DNA of 64,000 bases from Eledone cirrhosa (lineage: Eukaryota): assembly GCA_964016885.1 (NCBI GenBank), contig OZ024741.1, positions 76,942,001 to 77,006,000 of the forward strand, read 5' to 3'. The notes under the pieces are model-generated. The model was not told the DNA's origin. It saw nothing but the letters and a program-made list of their open reading frames with translations, and searched no databases. Shown here piece after piece: positions 42,228-52,528 of the stretch; within the stretch, counting starts at the first letter, position 1; every line of letters begins with the position of its first letter. The position numbers were made by a program, and so were the translations under genes.

Positions 42228-43050
42228 TTCTCTCTAAAAACGAAAGGCAGATTGTATGATGCTTGTATACGAACAGCAATGTTACATGGCAGGAGACATA
42301 GGTATTGTGTGCAGAGGACCTGCGCAGACTGGAAAGGAACGAAGCATGCATGCTCCATTGGATGTGTAATAGTAATATACACGAATGGCTAAACATAAAT
42401 GAACTAAGTGAGAAATTAGGAATAAGAGGGATCAGGTGTTGTTTACTTGAGAGAAAATTACATTGGTGTGGTCATGTGATGTGCATGAAAGATGACAGCT
42501 GTATAAAAAAGTGCAGGGCGATCAAAATTGATGGTAGTTATGGAGTAGGTAGACCCAGATAAACCTGGGACGACATGATAAATTCTGACCTTGCACACTT
42601 GCACCTCTCTAAGACAATGTCACTGGATCAAGATCTTTGGCACCACGCAGTATTACAGAAGACCCGCCTTCCCTGCGTGCAAAGTTAACCTAGAGTCAGT
42701 AGGCCCCTCCAACCCAAACATACACCCCAATCCATTACCCCTACCCATCCTCCCACTCCCGCCAACACCATCCTTTCTCTATAAAGTTATGTTGGTACCA
42801 CAACAACCAGTCCAAACTAATGAGATCGTGTAGGTGTCACGACAAAAAAACAGTCCACGCTGTAATGTGGTCACGGTAAAAAGCTCCCAGTTCGCACTGT
42901 AAATGTGGTTGGTGTTAGGAAGGGCATCCAGCCGTAGAAAACCTGTCAGATAGTCGTATACGGTCACGCGACCAATCTTACCTCAAGTGGGACAATTCCT
43001 GTCTAACTCATGCTAGCGTGGAAGATTACGTTAAACGATGATGATGATGA
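42222..43050 (+). mobile_element. RTE 3' fragment
   Basis: EDLRRLERNEACMLHWMCNS...GRPR, 3' UTR and (GAT)n tail. Confidence 0.92.
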
Positions 43051-43666
43051 TATATATATATTTACACGCCCACTAATTTTAGTAGGAAATAAGATTTTTC
43101 GCTTTTTTTTCGAGTGCTATCAATTAAATTTATCTTTATTAGGAGGTGCAAAGGACTTTTTTTCTCCGGAAAATGGAGAGATAGGGAGACCCTCGGACTT
43201 TTCACCTCCCTCCACCGGGGTTGGGGTTAGGGGGTACTGACAATTCCGAGAGGGGTAGGGTGGTGTAGGTCCGAGGGCCCTTCTCTGTTTTCCGTGGGAA
43301 AAAGGCCTTTGCAGCATGATCGGAAGTAACATTAGTTGGCACCACATGAAAAAGCCGAGAGAAAAAGAAACGGTAAAGAAAACTCGAAATGGAGTGGGGT
43401 AGAGGTGAAAAATTGGAGGGCCCGGCCCCTCTCTCTTTTCCGGGAAAAAAATTCCTTTGCACCATACTAGAAGATAAATTGGCACTACAACGCTATTAGC
43501 TGTCAGTCGAAGCAGCCGATGAAAGCAAAACATCGTTTATTTCCGTATTACTACCACGCGTAAGTGGAGTTACTTAAATGAAATTTTTTCTTTTTCACGC
43601 GTTTTTTATTTTTTTTTTATTAAAGCATATAGATGTAAGTGGAGTTATTTAAATGAAAATATTGGT

Positions 43667-43682
43667 GGCCCTTAAAAGGGCC
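43667..43682 (-). other. Histone-mRNA-type 3' stem-loop without a histone ORF
   Basis: Minus strand GGCCCT-TTTA-AGGGCC followed by ACCAA matches the 6-bp stem / 4-nt loop SLBP consensus. Confidence 0.6.
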
Positions 43683-43758
43683 AAATTAGAATATACCGCT
43701 GCGTTTTTACAGTTTTACTAGTTACACATACACACACACACACACACATATATATACA

Positions 43759-43837
43759 CACGGTGTCCCCTCCAAAATATATACACACTTTGATTACTTT
43801 GCTGTTGAAGTGTGTATACATTTTTGGGGACACTGTG
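43759..43837. mobile_element. ~80-bp Tc1/mariner-type MITE
   Basis: CACGGTGTCCCC..AAAAT-TATACACACTT / AAGTGTGTATACATTTTTGGGGACACTGTG inverted arms within a TA/CA tract. Confidence 0.65.
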
Positions 43838-43839
43838 TT

Positions 43840-43881
<42 letters not shown>

Positions 43882-44413
43882 ACGTCAAGACGGGCGGTCT
43901 CAAAAGTGAAACTAATTTTCGTATGGATTTCTTAATATATATATATTCATACAAATGTGTATGTGTGCATAAATATATATATATACATACACATATATAT
44001 ATATATATACAGACACATATATATACACACAAACACACATATATATACACACAAACACATATATACACACAAACATATATAAGAAATTTTTGGATGCTAT
44101 ACCTGACATAATAAAAAACCAAAATACACCCCTAACATTTGTCGGAATATCAATCACGAGAGTAGATAAATAAATATATAAATACATAAATAAGAAATGA
44201 TAGAAAAGGAAAAGAAAATCCCTACATTATGTAATATTCCCAGTCACCCATAAATTTCAAAACCGGGAGGGGAAAGTCCGAGGGTTAAAATCCCAAATGA
44301 TGGTACCTCAAATACTAGTGTATCCCTTCGCATTACAGTTTAAAGCAATACATATGATCGCTTTGATGACTCTTATTCGTTTCTAAGGGTCTCGTTTTTT
44401 TTCTCTTCTTTCT

Positions 44414-44460
<47 letters not shown>

Positions 44461-44464
<4 letters not shown>

Positions 44465-45478
44465 GATATTAAACAAATGGAAACTATATTTATAAAACCA
44501 TATTTATTTCATTATACATATTTCGGGGATACCATATTAAAAATATGGCATGCCTTCTTCAGATAAAATACAATATATAAACAGTTTTATAAATAATTTT
44601 GACGTACCATAAATATTGATCAACTTTTATGTAAGAAGTTGGTTTGGTAGTGAAATGTTTATAAATATTTAGTGTTAAGCACAGTTAAAAAGAAAGACGG
44701 AGAAAAAGAAGAGATGTATGTAAAGAAAAACAGAGAGAAATAGAGAGAGATAGGGGAGAGAGAAATAGTGAGGAGGTGAAAAAAGAGATGCAGCTGAGGC
44801 AACAGATGAATAATAATAATTCATCATACAAATTGAGAGATTTAGGAGGGAGGGAGTACTATACTTATTTAGTTATAGTGTTAAGGAGACGGAGAGAAAT
44901 AAAAAATGAAGAGAAAAGAGAGAGAGAGAAAGATAGAGGTGGGGGGAAAAAAGAGGTAGACCAAATAATAATAATTATTATATATGGGGAGGTGAGAGAA
45001 ATAGGAGAGAAGTAAGAGAGAAAACAAGAGAGAAACTGGAGAGGTAAAGTTAAAATAACCGATACTTAGACTTCATCAAATATAAAGAGGGAGGAGAAGA
45101 AAGAGCTATATCTAGAGAGAGGGATGATAGATTTACATCTTTACGTTATGTCCTATCAATTTGAATTATCAATTCATATGAATTGGGTATTATAATGTAA
45201 ATATCAATATTCATGAATGAGACATAGATATATAATGTGTGGAAAATAATGACCATATGTTTAGTTTAAAATTCTGAGGTCGATGTACCAAAAACTGAGA
45301 TAAAACTTCAAAAAATACGGAAATAAATAAGTATATATGTACTTTCCGGAAAAGGAAAGAAAGAGAAGGTCATCTCAAGTTCTAGTTGATACTATAGACA
45401 TACCCATGATCTTACGTGATCAACTCTGTAATTTCTTGTTTCACAGAAAAAAAAATTTTCCCTTGTGTTATAAAAGAA
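44461..45478 (-). repeat. Left arm of the long inverted repeat
   Basis: Reverse complement of 48351-49379; the same spurious peptide MKKEMQLRQQ... appears at 44776(+) and 49064(-). Confidence 0.95.
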
Positions 45479-47603
45479 AAATCAGACTCTTTTATAAGAA
45501 GAATCAGGTGGCGTGCCTTCCACTTTGATAAATCTAATCTAAATGAAAATGTTTCAGACTTAGATAAAGTTTTCAAATCTAAAAAAAATCCACCCCCCAA
45601 CAAACTTTTAATGGATTTTGAAAACGATATAATTTCTATCATACAAGGAGTCAAGTTCAAGAGAAACTTCAAAGGCCAGGACTATCTAAGAAGCATTAAG
45701 GATAATATTGAAGGCTTGGAGAGAACAGAGAAGATCTTGGTGAAATCGGACAAAACCAACAACCTTTATGGAGTGCATAAAGACATGTATAATGGCCTTA
45801 TACTGAAAGAACTAAGGAAAAAGTACAAGGTAGCAGATAAGGACGAACTGGAAAAAGTAAATGTTGAGGCATCTTGTATAATGCATGAGTTGGACATTGA
45901 GAACAAAACACAACCCTTCTTGCCTAGGAAACCCAAGATCAATATGAAAGATCACAAAAGAAATTTTGAAAATGATTTGCCAGTCAGATTGATTGCACCA
46001 TCAAAATCTGACCTGGGTAAACTTAGCAAAAACATTCTAGACAGGGTGATACAGCAAATTAAAAACTTACATAATTTACCTAACTTAAACTTATGGAAGG
46101 GGACTGGTGAGTTATTGAGTGGTTTAAAGAAATTAAATATAACAATAATAATAAATTTATTCAACTAGATATTGCTAACTACTATTCATCTATTACCCCT
46201 AATGTACTGAATAAGGCACTAAATTACGCATTCAAACATACAGACCTAACTAGCAATGAAATGCACATTATATTATCGGCAAGGAAAACATTGATAGAAT
46301 TTAATAACCAACTATGGACTAGGGCAGATAGAGATAATAATTTCGACATTACTATGGGATCATCTGACTCAGCTCAGGTAACGGACCTTGTGGGCCTATT
46401 TATAATTAATTCGCTGCATAGAAAAATACCTGATATCGTGATGACATGCTTTTACTTATTGAAAATAATAACTCTGAACTAAATAGAAAAAGAAAACAAA
46501 TTATACAATTTTTTAATTACCTTAATCTAAAAATAGAAATAGAGAATAACCATAGAATAGTCAATTTCCTAGATGTAACACTAAATCTCAACACATGTCT
46601 TCACTATCCATTTCACAAACTAAATGAAAACTTGAATTATGTCAATTTTAACTCTAATCACCCCAGATCTGTTAAAAATACTATAGTGAACTCTGTTCAA
46701 GAACGTATCTCAAGAATTTCATCTAATAAAAATATTTTCGAGGAAAAAGCGCAGTATTACAATGAAGCGTTAGCTAGAGCAGGATATAGTGATAAAATTA
46801 AGTACATCGATAATAATAGGCAAACTAACCAAAATAATAACAATTTTAATTACGGTAACAACTTTAACAACTATAATAGAAAACATTACAATAATTCCAA
46901 AAGCCAGAAAAGAAATAGAACTAGAAATATAATATGGTTTACCCCCCCTTTCTCACTAAATATTAAAACCCACATTGCTAAACTATTTTTTAATGCTCTT
47001 GACAAACGCTTCCCTAGAACACATAAATATCACTCAATTTTTAATAGACACACTATAAAATTAACTTACTCGTCCACCAAAAATTTAGCACAAAATATTA
47101 ACAGAATAAATAATAGGAATCTAAAACCTAGCCAAAATACCGATAATAGCCAAAACAATATTCAATTAAACAACTGTAACTGTAGAAATAAATCTAAATG
47201 TCCGTTAAATAACAATTGCTTAGTTAAAAATATAATATACAATTGTAATGTTAAAACTAACTTAAATTCTTTTAACTATGTTGGTTCCACCTCGACAGAA
47301 TTTAAACTTCGCTACAATAATCATAAGAATTCTTTCACAGATCCAAACAAGAAATCTTCAACTTCACTATCAGGCTTACTCTGGCAACTTAAACATGATA
47401 ACGTTGGGTATTCGATGTTTTGGAATATTGTCTCAAGAGGGATTCCTTTTAATTCCTCATCTGAGACATGTGACCTCTGTGTGGAGGAGATATTCTTTAT
47501 ATTAAAATCTAAAAATTCCCTTAATTTAAGGAGCAATTTATTCAGCTGCTGCAGACATAGATTGAACTCAAGGTTTAAATATAAATATAAATTTAAAATG
47601 TAG
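45479..47603 (+). pseudogene. PLE RT / GIY-YIG endonuclease ORF, 5'-truncated, two frameshifts (~46110, ~46433)
   Basis: FIRRIRWRAFHF, KSDKTNN, MKDHK, FIQLDIANYYSSI, FDITMGSSDSAQ, YRDD, NFLDVTLN, CNCRNKSKCPL (CxCx5C), IIY...YVGST, FKLRYNNH and CCRH. Confidence 0.9.
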
Positions 47604-48171
47604 TATAATTAGTTAAGATATTTAATTAATGTATGAAACCTGACGATAAATCTTTCGATTCCTTCAACTTTTTCTTTTAAACCTTCTTCATAAATATATA
47701 CTAATGATGTAATTAAACTACCCTAAAATGTAGATGCTCCCAATCTATTGAATAAATTTTACGCTAGATAAACTTCTATACTAAATATAAGAGCATCTGT
47801 AGAACAACAGGGTCTCCTAAATCTTTTAAATGATTTCTGCTAAATAAGTTTTGTTGAATAATTTTTGGTTTTTTGTTTGCTTTTTGATTCTGATTGCTTC
47901 TAATGAACTTGGCAATATATTGTCAGATAAATTGGAAGGGTAGATTTCTGTGGTTGATATGGGGTGCATACTGTGTTTTTTACGGCCCTAGATACTCTAG
48001 GGAGTGATGAAAATATTTTTAACGTTTTGATATCTCTGTGCTGATATATTAATATCTGGTTGTCTCTGTACAAAAGCCATATGTATTAATATGAATATGG
48101 AACGATTACAGAGTATATTTTATTTTATCTGCTTACTTTATCTGTCCATGTACACATATATGTGTGCATAC

Positions 48172-48202
<31 letters not shown>

Positions 48203-48350
48203 GGATATGCTCTGGATATGTTACAGATATGCATAATATTCTATACATGAACGATAATCATGTATGTGAGGGCAGGAGTATTAATATATATTAATATATA
48301 TTGTTTATGTATATATATATATTTTTTATGTATATATATATATTGTAAAA

Positions 48351-49379
48351 TCTTTTATAACACAAGGGGAAAACATTTTTTTTTTTTTTTTCTGTGAAAC
48401 AAGAAATTACAGAGTTGATCACGTAAGATCATGGGTATGTCTATAGTATCAACTAGAACTTGAGATGACCTTCTCTTTCTTTCCTTTTCCGGAAAGTACA
48501 TATATACTTATTTATTTCCGTATTTTTTGAAGTTTTATCTCAGTTTTTGGTACATCGACCTCAGAATTTTAAACTAAACATATGGTCATTATTTTCCACA
48601 CATTATATATCTATGTCTCATTCATGAATATTGATATTTACATTATAATACCCAATTCATATGAATTGATAATTCAAATTGATAGGACATAACGTAAAGA
48701 TGTAAATCTATCATCCCTCTCTCTAGATATAGCTCTTTCTTCTCCTCCCTCTTTATATTTGATGAAGTCTAAGTATCGGTTATTTTAACTTTACCTCTCC
48801 AGTTTCTCTCTTGTTTTCTCTCTTACTTCTCTCCTATTTCTCTCACCTCCCCATATATAATAATTATTATTATTTGGTCTACCTCTTTTTTCCCCCCACC
48901 TCTATCTTTCTCTCTCTCTCTGTTTTCTCTTCATTTTTTATTTCTCTCCGTCTCCTTAACACTATAACTAAATAAGTATAGTACTCCCTCCCTCCTAAAT
49001 CTCTCAATTTGTATGATGAATTATTATTATTCATCTGTTGCCTCAGCTGCATCTCTTTTTTCACCTCCTCACTATTTCTCTCTCCCCTATCTCTCTCTAT
49101 TTCTCTCTGTTTTTCTTTACATACATCTCTTCTTTTTCTCCGTCTTTCTTTTTAACTGTGCTTAACACTAAATATTTATAAACATTTCACTACCAAACCA
49201 ACTTCTTACATAAAAGTTGATCAATATTTATGGTACGTCAAAATTATTTATAAAACTGTTTATATATTGTATTTTATCTGAAGAAGGCATGCCATATTTT
49301 TAATATGGTATCCCCGAAATATGTATAATGAAATAAATATGGTTTTATAAATATAGTTTCCATTTGTTTAATATCGTAT
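48351..49379 (+). repeat. Right arm of the long inverted repeat (PLE 3' region / pLTR)
   Basis: Near-identical to the left arm apart from a GA-repeat and an A/T-run length difference. Confidence 0.95.
49263..49340 (+). ncRNA. Minimal type I hammerhead motif (mirror copy at 44500-44578, minus strand)
   Basis: CTGAAGA (49278-84); stem II ATGCCATATT/AATATGGTAT with an imperfect base; GAAA (49316-19); short stem III TATGTA; AT-rich stem I. Confidence 0.55.
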
Positions 49380-49610
49380 ATCTACTCCAAAACTTGTTGA
49401 GTGCTTTATATCAGTTATAAAATATTTACTTGTTGTAACCCAACAATTTTAAATAAAACTTTTGCATATATATATATATATGATAAAATCTTTCCCTCTG
49501 CCTATCTCTTTCCCTCTCTGTCTATCTTTTGCCAAAAAAACGATAATGATAATCAATTCAATTAATAAATAAATAAATATATATATATATATATAATTAG
49601 TATTATTATT

Positions 49611-49800
49611 GGTGGATTGGCAGTATCGGTGGAGGGTCGGACGCCGTGCTTTCCAGCATAGTTACGTCCCTTTACGATCTGAGTTCAAATCCCGCCGAGG
49701 TTGACTTTGCCTTTCATCCTTACGTGGTCGATAAAATAAAGTACCAGTAATGCACTGGGTAATTGCTGGCCTTGTGCCTAAAGTAGAAACAATTATTATT
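49611..49800 (+). mobile_element. Family-A SINE, young full-length copy
   Basis: B-box, core and tail present; flanked by TTATTATT on both sides. Confidence 0.9.
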
Positions 49801-49939
49801 AAAATTAAATATCATTTATTCTGCGGCAGAGAGCTTCATCTTCCCAGAATCGTAGTACTGGTCGTTATTGAATGTGTGCGTTTCTGCGTGTATATATATA
49901 TATGTGGTGTATATACGCATTCACATATTTAGAGGTAAT

Positions 49940-50051
49940 ATCACGTGAACACAATCACGTGACAAATCACATTATTCTTTCAAAAGGAAAAGTTTGGCGC
50001 CATTTTTCTCCAGGGAATAGCGCGTCAACAAACGCAAAAGATAAGAAAAAG
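49940..50051 (+). promoter_or_regulatory. Promoter-like segment with a possible first-exon donor
   Basis: Two TCACGTGA E-boxes (49941, 49955), overlapping TTTGGCGC (E2F-like) and CGCCATTTT (YY1-like) at 49993-50006, retained CpGs, and donor AAG|GTAAAT at 50051. Confidence 0.35.
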
Positions 50052-50097
50052 GTAAATAATATCAGTGATATTAATATATTGTATATATATGTATGTA

Positions 50098-51628
50098 AAG
50101 TGGTGGAAATAAGTATAAGACACCCCATTAAATTGTTAATAATTTTCTTATTACTGCACAAATTCCTATACATATTCGATTTTATAAAAACTTTCCACGA
50201 AAAAAAAATTCTTAACAAAACTACGTTTCAGAGGGTGGAAATAAGTATAAGACAGTTTTGAAAATATGTATTTAGCAACAAAATGGTACAAATTTTAGTA
50301 TTTACATTTATTCCCTTTCAATTGCAATACTTCAACATACCTGTTTTGCATTGAACCAATAAGATTTCTAAGAGTTTCGTTATGAATTTCATTCATATAC
50401 TGTTTAATGTAAGACTTTAACGTTTCTCTATCTTCAAATTGATGTCCATTGTTGTACACCCTTCTTGCCAAAATTCCCCACAAATTTTCTATTGGGTTTA
50501 AGTCTGGAGACTTAGCAGGCCAATCCAAAACTTCGATGTTTTTTGTTTTAAACCAGTCTTTCGTGAGCTTAGAGGTGTGTATGGCTGCGTTGTCCTGTTG
50601 AAAAATGGTATTATTGTTGTCTGGATGATTCATAGATGGGACAAGCCTTGTTTCCAACACATTGATGTACCGAGCAGAGTTTTGTTTCCCTTCCATCACT
50701 CCTAAATCAGCCTTTCCAGACGCAGAAAAAGCTCCCCAAATCATAAGAGATCCCCCTCCAAATGGTCTTTTTGAAAACAGCTGCGCCTCCTTTCTTAAAT
50801 CATGCCAATAACGTTGGGAACCGTCGGGCCCATCCAAATTAAACTTTTTCTCGTCAGAAAACACCACGGTTTCCCATTTATCCTTTGCCCATGTTACTTT
50901 CTCCTTTACCCAATCTACACGCTTCTTCTTGTGTTCAGCAGTTAAAGCAGGAGCCATCTTCCTCTTTCGATATATGAAATTTGGCGAATCATGGAGAATT
51001 TGACGAACTCTTCTTGGAGACAAGGGCAAATTCTGAGATTGTTGCAGGTCTCTTGAGCTTGACTGTCCCTTAGAAGCTTCTCGAAAAAGTCGACGCCTGG
51101 CTGCATCTGTAATTTTAGGTGGACGGTCTGGTCGTTTTTTTGGTGCCATACGATTCAGTGTCCTTTAGATAATTTCTCACAACTGTTCGGGACCTCGACA
51201 GTTTTCTTGCAATGAAACTAATAGATTTTCCTTCCAAGTTATAGGCAGAAATTTGCCCATTTTCATTTTCATTAAGGTGAGAGTTCCTCGGCATTTGCAG
51301 TGACTTTATGCAATGTTTAATTAGGAATCACGTGGCTTGTAATCATGATAAGAGTTGTTTACAATCTGCGCATGCACTTATTGTTTCTTTCGCACTCAGA
51401 AGTAATCCGGAAATACGAATTTTCTAAACTGTCTTATACTTATTTCCACCCTCGAAAACGTAGTTTTGTTAAGAACTTTTTTTTCGTGGAAAGTTTTTAT
51501 AAAATCGAATATGTATACCGATTCCCATAGGATCTATGTTCCACACACAAATTTTCGAAGGAATTTGTGCAGTAATAAGAAAATTATTAACAATTTAATG
51601 GGGTGTCTTATACTTATTTCCACCACTT
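50098..51628 (-). mobile_element. Tc1-family DNA transposon with long IR-DR type TIRs
   Basis: TIRs 50098-50260 and 51426-51628, each with two GTGGAAATAAGTATAAGACA direct repeats; the right TIR carries ~40 extra bp. TA flanks. Confidence 0.93.
50295..51294 (-). pseudogene. DD34E transposase with a single frameshift in an A run (~51140)
   Basis: True start MPRNSHLNENENGQI... at 51294 (HTH region); VFSDEKKF, FQQDNA and SPDLNPIENLW, with 34 residues between the second D and the E. Confidence 0.88.
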
Positions 51629-51642
51629 TATATATATATATA

Positions 51643-52490
51643 ATGAGAATCTAAATTATGTTAATTTTAAATCTATAATTAAAAATGCTATAGTTAGTAA
51701 TATTGGAAAAAGAATATCAAACCTATCATCTAATAAAAATATCTTTGATGCTAACGCCAATTACTATAATAATTGTTTCTACTTTAGGCACAAGGCCAGC
51801 AAATACCCAGTCCATTACTGGTACTTTATTTTATCGACCCCGTAAGGATATTACTATAATAATGCGCTTTCTAAAGCCGGTTATCCTGATAAAATCAAAT
51901 ACCGTAAAGAAACCAATCCTAGAAGATCTTACAGTAAAATAATTAATTATGATCATTCCAATAACATAAATAAAAGCACCTAGATACAAAAATATAATCT
52001 GGTATAATACTCCTTTCTCTATTTCTATTAATAATAATATTCCTAAATTATTCTTTAGTGCCTTAAATAAATGCTTCCCTCCCTCACATATCTATAGTAA
52101 AATATTTAACAAACATACAATAACATTTTCCTATTCCACCTCCTCCAACATCATCTCTAAACACAACAATAAAATATTAAATACTAAATCACTTCCTTCC
52201 AACACTGAATAATAATAATAGCAGTAGTACTCCCGACGTCATTGTTAACTCTAGGCTAGTTTCTGCAAACTCAAATACGACGTCAAACGTAACTTCGTCA
52301 AATGTTCTTAATACCAATCTAAATCAGGAAACTATTATTCCTATCGTAAATAACTTCTCCAATCCAATTCCTCCTATAGATAACACTAGGTCACTTGTTA
52401 ATAACTCTGTAATTTCTCTAATCGCAATTGTAATTGCCCTGTTAAAAAAAAATGTCCTCTCAACAACCATTGTCTTGAAAAAAACTTAGT
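51643..52490 (+). mobile_element. Second Naiad-type PLE fragment (thumb/linker); probable 3' region at 56023-56990
   Basis: NENLNYVNF, RISNLSSNKNIF, NIIWYNTPFS, IFNKHTITFSYS and CNCPVKKKCPLNNHCLEKNL parallel 46620-47240. Confidence 0.85.
51774..51849 (-). mobile_element. 5'-truncated family-A SINE with a 14-bp TSD
   Basis: ATTACTATAATAAT at 51760-51773 and 51850-51863. Confidence 0.88.
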
Positions 52491-52528
52491 TGTTGAAGAA
52501 TATATGAAACTTAGATGTTGAAGAATAT

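Larger units (their letters stand above)
43065..44350. mobile_element. CpG-rich Helentron-like / unclassified element with internal inverted repeats
   Basis: CCCTCGGACTTTTCACCTCCC (~43189) is inverted at ~44265-44285. Direct repeat GTAAGTGGAGTTA-TTAAATGAAA at 43560 and 43635. GTGCTATCAA motif shared with 57495-58546; GGGTTAGGG motif; hairpin at 43667. Confidence 0.4.
44461..49465 (+). mobile_element. Naiad-type Penelope-like element with a ~1-kb inverted copy of its 3' region at the 5' end
   Basis: RT plus C-terminal GIY-YIG ORF; inverted repeat 44461-45478 vs 48351-49379; (TA)n on both flanks. Confidence 0.88.

Noticed and set aside
45479-47603. Selenoprotein-type Naiad (in-frame UGA recoding)
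   Set aside because: The breaks are frameshifts rather than in-frame TGA codons, and the Cys motifs are encoded normally.
47610-48080. Antisense ORF in the Naiad 3' region with TAG codons rescuable by A-to-I editing
   Set aside because: Careful translation needs several frame changes and includes TAA/TGA stops; no consistent frame exists.
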